A stretch of 64,000 nt of DNA from Eledone cirrhosa (Eukaryota): the NCBI GenBank assembly GCA_964016885.1, contig OZ024742.1, positions 283,712,001-283,776,000 of the forward strand, in the 5' to 3' direction. A program made the position numbers and the translations under genes. Positions 12,252-27,205 of the stretch are shown piece by piece. The notes under the pieces are model-generated. The model had not been told where the DNA came from, did no database searches, and was given only the letters and a program-made list of their open reading frames with translations. Within the stretch, counting starts at the first letter, position 1; the number at the start of each line of letters is the position of its first letter.

Positions 12252-12890
12252 TCATCATCATTGTTTTTACATTCGTTTTTCCATGCATACATGGGTTGGG
12301 CAGGTCTATTTCAGCACAGTATCTCTCCACTTGCTACGTTTCTTTCTCATCTCCTCTGTGAGTTTCAGTAATTTGTTGTCAAATACACCTTTACCTAGTC
12401 TTTTTTTGGTCTACTGCTACTGCGGTTTCCTTCCACTGGCACTTCTTCACCCATCGATCATCATCCATGTGCATTACATGTCTGTACCAACACAGTCTTC
12501 TTTCCTGCACACCACCTTGAATTCCTCTTAAACTCAGATTCTCCCTCAGTTCATCCAAGCTCTGCCTTTCTCTCACATTTACATTGCACATCCAACTAAG
12601 CATGGCTACTTCATTTCTCTCCAATCTACACATGTCTTCTGCAGTCACTGCCTTGTTTCACTATCTGCAGCATTACACTTCGCACACAGGCATCATACAA
12701 TCATCTTTTTGTATGTAGGGAAAAACCTTTTGTGGTTAACAGCAGAAGTAGCCATTGAAACTTCTTCCATCGTATCTTTATTCTAGCTATTATGCTCTCA
12801 GAGCACCCTCCTCTGCTGCTAATTAAGTCACCTAGATAGCAGAAGCTATCATCCACTTCTATGGACCCTTCCTGAATATTATTGACAAAA
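12252..12890 (-). mobile_element. Old 5'-truncated RTE LINE fragment
   Basis: SIEVDDSFCYLGDLISSRGGCSES and RLERNEVAMLSWMCN..ERRLCWYRHV are homologous to the C-terminus of the 27-30 kb RTE. (TGA)n tail. Confidence 0.85.
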
Positions 12891-13029
12891 TCCATTCAAG
12901 ACTACATGGCTGTAGTCTAATTATTAAAACCAGTTAAAAAATAAAAGTAAAATATATAAACATTACTCTGACCATGAAAGATAAATCATGTTAGTCGTTT
13001 TTTTTTTTTGCTTCTGCATTTCCTACACT

Positions 13030-13212
13030 AAGGTCGCAGTATCAGTAGAGGGCCGGATGCCATGCTTTGCAGCATAGTTATGGCAGTTTACAGTCTGAGG
13101 TCAAATCCTGCCATGGTTAACTTTGCCTTTCATCCTTACAGGGTCGATAAAATAAAGCACTAGTAATGCACTGCGATAATTGCTGGCCTTGTGCCAAAAG
13201 TAGAAACAATTA
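13030..13212 (+). mobile_element. tRNA-derived SINE with Meta-type central domain
   Basis: B-box-like ggtcaaatcc and ttgcctttcatccttacagggtcgataaaataaag. Same family as 18538 and 19278. Confidence 0.7.
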
Positions 13213-14102
13213 TTTAGTAGTGTTGAAAATTAAATATTAACAGTGTTAGAAATTAGTGAAATTGATGCTGTTGACTTGTTAAAAACATTCTTACAAGGGA
13301 TATGTGACTAAGTGGTGGCTTTATCAGAGATGGAAAAGTTGATGTCAGCCTATTAATATTTGCTTCAACTTCATAATTTTTTAATAATCTTGAATTATTT
13401 AATTTAGGAATGGAAAGAGGCTGATCCTTAGGTCAGATCAAAGAAACTGTTTCTGTAGTCTTTTCATTGTTGATACTATTTGTTGGTTGTAACTCGCAAC
13501 TAATAATTTTGAAAATAATCAAGGATTTGGAGGGATTTATAGATATAACTTTCTCATTATTAAGCTGATGTTTGAACATGACTAAACAGATACACACACA
13601 CACTTATGTTTATTGGAACTCCACTGTTTCCAACAACAAGCGTAAAATTATGGTGGAAGGTTTTTAGATAAATATAAACAATTTAAAACAAACAACTTAG
13701 TATCATAGAACCAGGTGAGGTTTCAGGCAGTTTGGTGTCAAGAAGGTTAAATATCTTTAGATGCTTCATAAAGGTTATTACTTTCTTCTATTGGATCAAG
13801 ACTATGATCATGACTAGTGGATTGGCTTGAGGAAGGATACTATTTAGAATGTATTTGTTCAACTGAAATTAACTGAGCTTTACTTTTTATCTTGGCATGA
13901 ATCAGTTAACATGTATCTGTGGGGAAATTTCATTGTAATGTAATAAAACATTCAACTGACTTCATAAAAAACGTTTATTGCTTCTCAGATAGAAATATAA
14001 CTAAAATACTGTTGTTGTAAAGAGCCTGTAGGAAATATTCAAACTTTTCTAATTGATAGATTGTATGTGACCTTGATTGTTTCCACAGCTATGTCTGCTG
14101 TG

Positions 14103-14335
14103 AAGGTGCATGGCTTAGTGGTTAGGGTGATGGAGTTATGATCATAAGCTAGTGAGTTCAATTCCTGGACCAGGCAGCACATTGTGCTCTTGAGCAAGAC
14201 ACTTCATTTTGCATGGTTTTTCATGAGAGGGCTGGGGTCCGTTTCATTAAAACACCCAAGAAACCTCCTATAAAATACGTCCTTGTAAGAGGCCAGCTAA
14301 ACCTGCAAATGTGTGAGCTGTAAATGTCATTTCAT
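14103..14335 (+). mobile_element. tRNA-derived CORE-type SINE (further copies near 42790, 43320, 44465, 46007, 61476)
   Basis: A box tggcttagtgg, B box gttcaattcc, CORE-like cttgagcaagacacttcattt. Confidence 0.75.
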
Positions 14336-15169
14336 TTCTGTAAACATACTGAAAAGAAGTAAATACAACTTTTTTTTGTATTTTTACTATTTAATTAGAG
14401 AAGGAAGGATAATGTCAAGAACCCTTTTTGGGGCCTGTGGCACTAGTTGGTTGGTGGCAGGTATTCTCAAACTGGAGGCCTGGCTTTCCTGAATGCCTAG
14501 TGGTTGTGGTGGTGTGAAACCAAGTGATAAATTGAGTTAACCTCCCAAGTAGACCATAGCAGAATTTTAATTCAGAACACAATGAACTAGAACAAATACC
14601 AAAGATCATCTCACCAGATACTCCTACAATTCTGCCAATCCACCACCCTAAATGGGGACTTTATTTTATTGGCCATGAAAGGATGAAATGCAAAGTAGAC
14701 TACAGTGGTAATTGAACTGAGAGCACTGAAATCCAGTCCTATGCCCTAATAACTCGTCAATTTGCTGGCTACCTGTGTATCTGTAAGAGTGAGGCTTTCC
14801 TATGTTAAAGCTTCTATAAATTTATAAGATCTCTGAGGTATAGTTGATATGATACTTGGTATATGACTGGTACTTATTTTATCAAATTCATTCATTTGAA
14901 CCAAGAACAGTGACATGACCAAAGTTCAGAAGCTGTAAACTGCACACTGTGAGAATAACTGTTTTTATTCTCTATATTGGTAGGTCTATGTAGAAAAGGG
15001 CATAGTTGTTATTACTTCAACCTCAGTATATCACAAGCACTTACTGACATTCTTGCTATAAGAGGTATGTTCAGTTTCAGAATATTACAGGAATGAACTG
15101 GTAAGTTTGTATGGTTTGGACAGAAATTGGATGTTGTTACTGTTATAGATGTCACCTGTGTAGGTGTCT

Positions 15170-15700
15170 ATAGGTTTGGTATTGCTAGAGCTGTACAACT
15201 TCCATGACTCCAAAAATCTTCCTCATATGGTATGTGCAACATGATCGCCTCTTCCAAAGTAATCCCCCTCCTATGCATTCTTGTCGCAGCACTAGCACCA
15301 TTAAATAGGGTTGGATGTGAAAGTGAGAGCACAGTGCTATAACCATCCAAACTGCTTGCCTAAAAACCTTCAATATGCATCTACTCAGTGATCTTGCGAC
15401 CATTGGTGGTACTAACCTCTGCAACTTTAAGTAGTTTATTGCAAATTTTTGTCTGCTATGAAATCCAGGACATGTCTGCCTCAATATTCAACATTTTCCT
15501 TTGTCAGTACATACTCTGTGGCGCTTGTCATTTGATACTAAGGAGTACTGCTATGGATTGCACTATCGCAAAGTGTGTGTGCTTGTGGCTAGAGACTGCC
15601 GACGTAAAATCTTATCTTCAATGAAACCCCAACATGAATACATTTGTATAGGTTTAACAGGCTTCTTTGGAGTTTTCTTGTGTATCTTAATGATAGGATC
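15170..15700 (-). pseudogene. Possible degraded tyrosine-recombinase (DIRS/Crypton-like) fragment
   Basis: Across frames: VARSLSRCILKVFRQA..DGYSTVLSLSH..ASAATRMHRRGITLEE.IM..FWSHGS. This loosely resembles the phage-integrase box II region. Weak, by eye only. Confidence 0.3.
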
Positions 15701-17364
15701 CCTGAGTCATATGTCACCATTTTTCCAGTGACATGAGGTGGGATTTGAGCTCAGAATGTACAGTTTAAACAGATTTTGTAAAGCATTTCTTCTGACACTC
15801 TGACAACTCCACCACCACCATTGATTGGAATATTATTTATCAATCTTGAAAGGATTAAAATCAAAGTTGACTGAGGCAACATGAAAAGCATTTAATCAAA
15901 TACTTTAATGACTGTGGATTTCTTCATTGAGTGTACTGGGAATAATACTGTCTTACAGACTTACTGTAGTTTCTCATTTATAATAAAGAGCAAAAAAGGT
16001 GTTGTAATATACACAATTACACATTTTCAAATGTTTTCCTATGATTAAAAATACTCATCTCAAATGACAAGGTTACAAATATGAGTTGATAAACCTGTTT
16101 CTCCACAAACTGCTAAAAACAATAAAATAATGAATATTGTGAAATATTTCAGATTGATATTTTAAATAGTAATAAGATCATATTATATACAAAGAAATCT
16201 GGTAAATTATATCTTTTTGGGTGTAGAGGTTGGAGAGAAAGAGAGAGAGAGAGGGTGTATGTGGGTGGGTGTGTTTGGATATACCTGTCTTCCTTTCAAT
16301 ACTAAAACTATTGATTTGGTATATGTAAATATATACAGCTGTGATAGCTTGTTAACTTATCTTAGTGTTTAATAAAGGGAATTGTAGAAAAGCCTATTGT
16401 ATGTATGTGTGAATTACAAAATAAAATGAAATTTTATGAAGGTTTAGCTATTTCCTACAGGGATACATTTTATAGATTTACTTGGTGTTTTAATGATAGG
16501 GATACCCAGTTCTATCAGGAAAAGCAAGATATAAAGTGGTGGGTGTTAAAAAACCATACCAATAAAATGGAGCATATGAATTAGATGCGATTTTCTGACC
16601 CGTTTAGGTGGTTAGTGGCTCACTGTAAGAACTGAATTGAACCATAATGACCCGTCCAATCCATACCAGCATGGAAAGTTGGACATAAAAAAAAATGATG
16701 ATGATATACAATATGCATTATCATTAACATCAGTTTTACATTCATTTTATATGTACCTTTTGCTTCCATGCATCAGCAAGAAAGTTGAAAATGTGGTACT
16801 TTTAAACAAGATAAAATCCATGTGATGTTTGTTTGGCTCCAGTTGCACAGACAATCCCATGTATGTCAATTGCTTTGTAAGAGTTTTAACAAGCCAGTGC
16901 TGGCCTTTTGAAACCTATAATGCATAGCACACTATTGATCACCAAGTGTAATATAGATATAACCAGTCGTCTTGTGAACTGACTCAGATGTTCTTGTGTC
17001 TATGGTGATGTTTTACTATTTGTTAAGTGTTATCTCAAAAACATTTCATTTCACGTTGCTCCAGTATGCTCAGCTGAAAACAAGTACCAGCAATAGCTGG
17101 GGGTGTAACCCTGCAAGAGACTGGAGTCTTGTCGAGGGGTGAGTCTTATACTCTCAGTTGCTTCACGACATGAAACTGGGATAAGCAGCGGCTCAATGCG
17201 CTGCTTGCAGCACACGAGGGCATGCATGTATGTCTCAAAATACACACACATACACTGAACGGATTTTGAGAGTAAGTGTGCAATTTTCAAGTGAGCATGC
17301 ACATATAAACATTTATTCTTTATTTTACTGTTATTAGACTAGCTATGCTGAGGCATTGGCTTAA

Positions 17365-17583
17365 CCCTTTAGCATTTACATTACTCTATTATTTATTATT
17401 GTATTTTCGCAGTAAAGGCTTTATCTTACATAATATCTCACAAATTATCGAATCTGAGATTTTCATATTATTTATTTTGAGAACAATACCTTAACATCAG
17501 TATGAACGTCCTGTTACAGCCAGTTTGAACAGAAAGAGGTGAGAGAATTCTGGCCGGATATGGCCGGTTTAAATGCTAAAGGG
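17365..17583. mobile_element. piggyBac-type MITE (diverged copy at about 49050-49244)
   Basis: TTAA|ccctttagcattta ... taaatgctaaaggg|TTAA. Confidence 0.85.
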
Positions 17584-17778
17584 TTAAAGGGTTTAATTGA
17601 TATCAACCCCAGTACATATTTTTTTCAAGTCTGGTACTTAATTTACAGGACTTACATAAACACTGACATACACACACACCTATATATCATCATCATTAAT
17701 GTTTTACAACTTCGTCATGTTTTATTTTGGTGTGGTTTTTACAGTTGGATGCAATTCCTAACACTAAATCGTTTAGAG

Positions 17779-17952
17779 CAAGCATGTGAAACTGAGGGTG
17801 CTCCGAGGACCACATGCAACAACTAATTACACACATTACGACTAATTTTCCGAAGATAAAACATGCTCGCGCTGTAAAAACCTTTGTGTGGGCCACAGGT
17901 GTGCTTTTAAAGGGCTGCATGCGGCCCACAGGCTGCATGTTTGATATGCCTG
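17779..17952. mobile_element. hAT-type MITE
   Basis: Imperfect TIRs caagcatgtgaaac / gtttgatatgcctg. 8-bp TSD gtttagag/ctttagag. Confidence 0.65.
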
Positions 17953-18149
17953 CTTTAGAGTGTATAGGTGCATTTTATCGTGGCACCAGCACTACCACTT
18001 TACAAAGTGTACTGGGTGCATTTTATGTCACAATACTCTTCTTATTGTCAATCACATTACAGAGTGTATTGGGTGCATTTTATTTATTTAATCCATGTGT
18101 GGGTTGGTTAGCAGAAGTGTTTTATACTATTATTTAGGTGAACAACTTC

Positions 18150-18426
18150 ATTTTTTTAGCTTCTTAGGGTTTTTTGGAAGCGTTACGTCTAGCCGATTTT
18201 CCCGAAATTTCAAGGCATATTATGCACATAAAAAAAATTCATTTTCTTGATCCCCTGCATATTTCCTGCTTCATCGAGGAAAATCATAAAGATTATCCAG
18301 CCATCAGAGTATTTGATTTATTTTCTTTACATATTGTCCAGGCATGCAGTTTTTCCATGATTAGGTCTGTTGGCGGCCCGCGTTCCAAATTACGTTATCC
18401 AGTGCAACGCCGGGTACCACTGCTAG
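18150..18426 (+). mobile_element. Possible non-autonomous Helitron 3' end
   Basis: GC-rich ccagtgcaacgccgggtacc followed by CTAG|T. CpG-retaining island. 5' boundary uncertain. Confidence 0.45.
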
Positions 18427-18537
18427 TAATATATATATAATACATATAAATATATATAATACACATATATATATATAATACATATAATACATATATATAT
18501 ATATATATATATAATACATATAATATATATATATATA

Positions 18538-18716
18538 ATTGTTTCTACTTTAGGCACAAGGCCAGCAATTACCCAGTGCATTACTGGTACTTTATTTTAT
18601 CGACCCCGTAAGGATGAAAGGCAAAGTCAACCTCGGCGGGATTTGAACTCAGATCGTAAAGGGACGTAACTATGCTGGAAAGCATGACGTCCGACCCTCT
18701 ACCGATACTGCCAATC
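18538..18716 (-). mobile_element. Young Meta-type tRNA SINE
   Basis: Reverse complement has A box tggcagtatcgg, B box gttcaaatcc and the Meta domain. Confidence 0.8.
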
Positions 18717-18724
18717 ATATATAA

Positions 18725-18764
<40 letters not shown>

Positions 18765-18780
18765 CATATAAAATATATAT

Positions 18781-18823
<43 letters not shown>

Positions 18824-19055
18824 CATATAAAATATATATATATATATATAATACATATAAAATATATATATATATATATATAATACATATAAAATATATA
18901 TATATATATATATAATACATATAAAATATATATATATATATAATACATATAAAATATATATATATATATAATACATATAAAATATATATATATATATAAT
19001 ACATATAAAATATATATATATATATAATACATATAAAATATATATATATATATAA

Positions 19056-19086
<31 letters not shown>

Positions 19087-19087
19087 A

Positions 19088-19121
<34 letters not shown>

Positions 19122-19125
<4 letters not shown>

Positions 19126-19243
19126 AAAACCTGCCAGACAGTCCTATGCGAGCAAGACAATCACTCTTGCCTCAAGTGGGACTACCCCCGTCCAAACCCA
19201 TGCAAGCGTGGAACACGGACGTTAAACGTTGATGATGATGATG
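19122..19243 (+). mobile_element. Extremely 5'-truncated RTE copy (3' UTR and (TGA)n tail)
   Basis: Nearly identical to the reverse complement of 26858-26980. Confidence 0.85.
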
Positions 19244-19277
19244 ATATATATATATATAATACATATAATATATATAT

Positions 19278-19466
19278 AATTGTTTCTACTTTAGGCACAA
19301 GGCCAGCAATTACCCAGTGCATTACTGGTACTTTATTTTATCGACCCCGTAAGGATGAAAGGTAAAGTCAACCTCGGCGGGATTTGAACTCAGATCGTAA
19401 AGGGACGCAACTATGCTGGAAAGCATGGCGTCCGACCCTCTACTGATACTGCCAATCCACCGCCCT
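19278..19466 (-). mobile_element. Young Meta-type tRNA SINE, near-identical to 18538-18716
   Basis: About four substitutions relative to the neighbouring copy. Confidence 0.8.
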
Positions 19467-21932
<2,466 letters not shown>

Positions 21933-22319
21933 TAAACGGAAAAAATGAAACGATATTTCATTTCCCACTCTTAGTACGGCTGTTACTTAAATATAAGTAT
22001 GTACACGTACATACATATATGTATACAGACGTACAGTAGTATGTATATATATATACATACATGCACACATATATATATGCACGTGGTTGCTAGACACTAC
22101 GGCTTAATACGGGATGTTTGTTTACAAACACACCGAGCATTATAAAGTATGTTCGGTGAATCCATCCGTGCATATATATATGTGTGCATGTATGTATATA
22201 TATACACATACTACTGTATGTCTGTATACATATATGTATGTACGTGTACATACTTATATATAAAGTACCAGTAATGCACTGGGTAATTGCTGGCCTTGTG
22301 CCTAAAGTAGAGACAAATA

Positions 22320-22350
<31 letters not shown>

Positions 22351-22397
22351 TAGTGACGAAACAGAAGTCAATTGCATGAACTCATAATCCTTTATTT

Positions 22398-22453
22398 ACT
22401 GCTATCTATATTTCGATGATAGCTATTGAATGAATATGACCTCATCAGGCAGT
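22398..22453 (-). ncRNA. Solitary minimal hammerhead motif (degenerate)
   Basis: Reverse complement: actgc-CTGATGA-ggtcatattcattcaatagctatcatc-GAAA-tataga-TA-gcagt. 5-bp stem I, AUA triplet. Confidence 0.6.
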
Positions 22454-22599
22454 TAGTAAGTTCTTAGATATGCCAGCTCTGTGTGTATAGTGTTGATGGT
22501 ATCAGAGCCTTGGGACATATGTATATATATAATATGTCTTATATATATATGTATATATATATATATTTATATATATATATATAATATGTCTTATATATA

Positions 22600-22650
<51 letters not shown>

Positions 22651-22669
22651 ATAATATGTCTTATATATA

Positions 22670-22719
<50 letters not shown>

Positions 22720-22737
22720 GTCTTATATATTTATATA

Positions 22738-25700
22738 GTCTTCTAAACAGGAAACTTCTTCCTCTTTTTTAGCCATAATGAATCTGGCAAAAGAACTGGA
22801 AAAAAACATTCGAGCTATCACCCAGCACCACCCTCCACTATCACCCCACTGCACAAACTCCCATTGCTGCCATTAACAAACAAACAAATTAACAACACAC
22901 CAAAACAATTAAAACCATCCACTCTCGCCTCTACATTTTTGCTTAACGCCCAAGGCATCAGCCCTTCCACCAATACTCAAAAATGGAAGATCAAATTCCT
23001 GGAGGACTGGATTGATGTCCATCCAAACCACATCCCTTTCTTCGTCCTCACTGAAACCCATCTCAGTAACCTCCACTTGGAAGCCGAGGTGAAAGTGAAA
23101 AATTTCAAAGCCATCCGTGCTGATAGCGCTGGCAGAAGAAAGGGCGGAACTGCCATTTATGTCCATAATTCTTTCTCAACAGAGGCTATGAACATATTCA
23201 CTAATGGATACTGTGAAGCAGTCACTGTATTCAGTCAAACCAACAACCTATTAGTAGTTGGGCTCTATAGGCCACCCCAAACGCCTGTACCATGCTTCAA
23301 GGAATGCCTCAACAGCATAAAGTGTTTCATCCAAGAGTGTCACCCTGACAACATCTTAATGATGGGGGACTTCAACCTCCCTGGAGTTGACTGGTCCACA
23401 AACAGCCTGCCACCAGGTTCTTCTGCCTCAACCTCTGACAGGGAAGCAGTGGAATCGCTTCTTGACTTCATGGATGATTTCTTCCTATCCCAACTGGTGC
23501 TCGAACCAACGAGGTCCCACAAAAACGTCCTAGACTTAATTTTTAGCAATCACACTGACAATATCCACAATATTGCAGTGGAGAAAACTCTACTCTCTGA
23601 TCATGACATGGTTCTCTGTGATCTGAGATTCCACCGTCCAATATACAAACCCAATGTCATCTCTCCTGTCCATCCGTTTGACGCTATGGATTTCCACAAT
23701 GCAAACTGGGAAGCGATCAGTCATGATCTAGCACATGTCGACTGGTCCTTCACGCACACTCATACACCCACTAACATCAAAAAGTCCTGGCAGACATTTG
23801 TGGACACTGTTACAAACATATGTGCTAAACACACCCCATTAAGAACTATAAACAAATCTAAGAGCAGAATCCCTAGAAATAGAAAAGCGCTCATCAGAAA
23901 AATTAAGAGAACGAACAAAAAAATCAACAAGCTGAAATACTGTCAGCAGCAACACATCAACTTGACTGCCATTTCATCACTAGAGATTAAAAAACATAAC
24001 CTCCAAAACAACATAATGTCCTTCATCAACAATCAGAGAAGAGCTGAAGAGGCCTGGGCCATTGAGAAGATCAAACTCAATCCCAAAGTGTTCTTTTCAT
24101 TTGCAAAAAAACACAAAATCACTGGCTCTACTGTTGGCACTCTTCAAGACAATGCTAAAACCATGGGTGAGATACTGCAGAAACAATACTGCTCTGTTTT
24201 CAGCAATCCTGATATGGCCGATCTGGGCTGTATTGGCGATGTTACTCCCCATTACACCTTATCGGACATAACGTTTGGCGCCCCCGATGTCTTGGCGGCA
24301 ATAAAGGAAATCAAGCATAATTCAGCAGTAGGTCCCGATAGGTTCCCTGCTTGTGTCTTGAAGGCGTGTCAACACCAACTTGCATCTCCTCTTGCCAATC
24401 TGTGGCGGAACTCACTGGATGCTGGATATGTGCCAGAAAACCTTCTATCCCAGTCTGTTGTCCCAGTTTTCAAAAAGGGAAACAAATCCCTTGCCGTGAA
24501 TTACCGTCCAATCTCACTCACCTCTCGTATCATTAAGGTATTTGAGAGAGTGGTGAGATCGCGAATGACCCACTTCCTTGAGAGTAACAATATGCTGAAC
24601 TCCAACCAGCATGGATTCCGTAATGGAAGGGATTGCCTGACGCAGCTACTGCATCACTTTGATGACATTTTGAGAGCCTTGGGAGAGGGTTCCAACACTG
24701 ATGTTATCTACCTTGATTTCAGCAAGGCCTTTGACAGGGTTGATCATAACATTCTACTGAGAAAGCTGTCCAATATTGGTGTCACTAGAAAGCTGCTGCA
24801 GTGGATCAAGAGCTTCCTGTCAAACAGAACCCAACATGTTGTAGTTGAGGGAGTCAAATCCAGCCCAGCCAAAGTCAGTAGTGGGGTCCCACAAGGCACT
24901 GTGTTGGGCCCACTTCTCTTCATCATCTATATTAATGACATCACTGACATCATCAAACACAGCAACATTAAAATTTTCGCTGATGATTCCAAGCTCCAAA
25001 AGGTCATCAATGGCGTGGATGACCGGATAAGCCTTCAGTCAGACCTACTGGCTGTTACCCAATGGGCGGAAAAGAACATGTTACTGAACGAAGACAAATT
25101 CGAACTGATCCACTTTGGAAAAGAGGATACTCTGAAACTCCCGTACTCCCTTCCCTCCGGAGAAACTCTCGTGGCATCTAACAACATCAGAGACTTGGGA
25201 GTAACCGTGGACAGCAACATAAGCTGGACCACGCATATAAGCAGCAAAGTTGACATGGCCCGCAGAATGTGTTCCTGGTTCCTCAGAACCTTCCAGTCGA
25301 GAGATTCCCACACCATTATCCTTCTCTTCTCTACTTTTGCCCGACCACACCTTGAATACTGTTGTCCACTGTGGTCTCCCCACACGAAACAAAGTATCAT
25401 GAAACTTGAAGCTCCTCAAAGGGCAATCACGAAAAAGATAGATGGCATGTCAGACCTTGACTACTGGGGTCGATTAGAAAACCTAAAACTTTACTCACTC
25501 CAACGTCGCCGTGAGCGTTATATTATCTGCATGATGTGGAAAATGTTCCATCATCACTGCCCAAATGATGTTGGCATCGCCTTCAAGATACACCCAAGGC
25601 TTGGGCCCCGTGCTATCCGTCCCATTCAAAAATCTAAATCGCAACTCATAACAACAATACGGCACAATTATTTCACCTCAATCGGCCCTGCTCTCTTCAA

Positions 25701-25936
25701 CATCACACCAGGACACGTCAAAACAGAAACTGACCACACAAAATTCAAGAAGTCTTTGGACAAATTCCTCCAAGTAATCCCGGACAAACCACCCACACCC
25801 GGATATGTCTCCGCAAACAGTAATTCTCTTCTCGAATGGGCCATGGTGCCCAAATCCTGAATTGAAAGACTTCGCCAGGTGGTGCTATTAAGTTAGACAT
25901 GGCCTGGGCCAATACTGGCCAAAACATTTCAAAGTT
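22738..25936 (+). mobile_element. CR1/L2-group LINE, 5'-truncated within ORF1, inserted in (TA)n
   Basis: Open APE plus RT ORF, short 3' UTR, (TA)n on both flanks. Confidence 0.92.
22864..25860 (+). CDS. LINE ORF2: AP endonuclease plus reverse transcriptase (frame open from 22747, no early ATG)
   Basis: LLNAQG, TETHL, GDFNLP, LDL, SDH (endonuclease); NYRPISLT, YLDFSKAFD, GVPQGTVLGPLLF, FADD, RDLGV, RPHLEYC (CR1-type RT). Confidence 0.92.
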   Translation: MLPLTNKQINNTPKQLKPSTLASTFLLNAQGISPSTNTQKWKIKFLEDWIDVHPNHIPFFVLTETHLSNLHLEAEVKVKNFKAIRADSAGRRKGGTAIYVHNSFSTEAMNIFTNGYCEAVTVFSQTNNLLVVGLYRPPQTPVPCFKECLNSIKCFIQECHPDNILMMGDFNLPGVDWSTNSLPPGSSASTSDREAVESLLDFMDDFFLSQLVLEPTRSHKNVLDLIFSNHTDNIHNIAVEKTLLSDHDMVLCDLRFHRPIYKPNVISPVHPFDAMDFHNANWEAISHDLAHVDWSFTHTHTPTNIKKSWQTFVDTVTNICAKHTPLRTINKSKSRIPRNRKALIRKIKRTNKKINKLKYCQQQHINLTAISSLEIKKHNLQNNIMSFINNQRRAEEAWAIEKIKLNPKVFFSFAKKHKITGSTVGTLQDNAKTMGEILQKQYCSVFSNPDMADLGCIGDVTPHYTLSDITFGAPDVLAAIKEIKHNSAVGPDRFPACVLKACQHQLASPLANLWRNSLDAGYVPENLLSQSVVPVFKKGNKSLAVNYRPISLTSRIIKVFERVVRSRMTHFLESNNMLNSNQHGFRNGRDCLTQLLHHFDDILRALGEGSNTDVIYLDFSKAFDRVDHNILLRKLSNIGVTRKLLQWIKSFLSNRTQHVVVEGVKSSPAKVSSGVPQGTVLGPLLFIIYINDITDIIKHSNIKIFADDSKLQKVINGVDDRISLQSDLLAVTQWAEKNMLLNEDKFELIHFGKEDTLKLPYSLPSGETLVASNNIRDLGVTVDSNISWTTHISSKVDMARRMCSWFLRTFQSRDSHTIILLFSTFARPHLEYCCPLWSPHTKQSIMKLEAPQRAITKKIDGMSDLDYWGRLENLKLYSLQRRRERYIICMMWKMFHHHCPNDVGIAFKIHPRLGPRAIRPIQKSKSQLITTIRHNYFTSIGPALFNITPGHVKTETDHTKFKKSLDKFLQVIPDKPPTPGYVSANSNSLLEWAMVPKS

Positions 25937-25943
25937 ATATATA

Positions 25944-25994
<51 letters not shown>

Positions 25995-26016
25995 TTATAT
26001 ATATATATATTTATAT

Positions 26017-26616
26017 AAATGAATTGAGAGAGAGACTGAGCATAAGAGGAATCAAATGCTGCGTGCAGGAGAGGCGGTTACGCTGGTATGGACATGTGAT
26101 GCGTATGAAGGATGACAGCTGCATAAAAAGGTGCAAAGCACTAGAAGTTGATGGAAACCGCGGAGTGGGGAGACCCAAGATGACTTGGGATGAGGTGATA
26201 AAAGCCGACCTTACCCAACTACACCTCTCAAAGTCAATGACACACGACCGTGACTTCTGGCGTCGCGCAGTAATACAGGGTACCCGACCTCCCATGGGTA
26301 CATGCTGAAGCATATAAACAATATGCCCCCCCCCTCCCCCACCGCAAGGTGGTCGTGGAGGTGCCACGGCAAAAAAGCACCCAGCCCACACTGTAAAGTG
26401 GACGTGTAGGCGCCACGAAAAAGCAACCAGCACTCACTGTAAATGACGTTGGTGTTAGGAAGGGCATCCAGCTGTAGAAATCAAGCCAGATCAGTTCCTG
26501 TATGAGCAAGGCATGGTCAGCCGACCAGACACTGCCCACAACAGGACAACCCGTCTAACCCATGCTAGCGTGGAAGAACGGACGTAAAACGGTGATGATG
26601 ATGATGATGATGATGA
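26017..26616 (+). mobile_element. 5'-truncated RTE LINE (related subfamily), tail-to-tail with the long RTE
   Basis: ERRLRWYGHVMRM..GRPKMTW, 3' UTR and (TGA)n tail. Confidence 0.9.
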
Positions 26617-26806
26617 TTTATATATATATATTTATATATATATATTTATATATTTATATATTTATATATATATATATATATATTTATATATTTATATATA
26701 TATATATTTATATATATATATATTTATATATATATATTTATATATATATATTTATATATATATATTTATATATATATATTTATATATATATATTTATATA
26801 TATATT

Positions 26807-26839
<33 letters not shown>

Positions 26840-27205
26840 TTATATATATATATATATCATCATCATCATCAACGTTTAACGTCCGTGTTCCACGCTTGCA
26901 TGGGTTTGGACGGGGGTAGTCCCACTTAAGGCAAGAGTGATTGTCTTGCTCGCATAGGACTGTCTGGCAGGTTTTCTACAGTTGGATGCCCTTCCTAACA
27001 CCAACCACATTTACAGTGTGGGTCTGGGAGGTTTTTACCGTGTTGCCTACACGGCCACATTACAGCGTGGACTGTGTGTTTTTTTGTCGTGACACCTACA
27101 CGATCTCATTTGTTTCGGCCTGGATGGCGCGGCACCAACATAACTTTACATAGAACGGGGTGGTGTGGATGGGGTGGGGGTGGTGGCAGGACGGGGTGTA
27201 TTTTG

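Noticed and set aside
14103-14175. tRNA gene (also at 48493 and 44465)
   Set aside because: A and B boxes continue into a SINE body and there is no complete cloverleaf.
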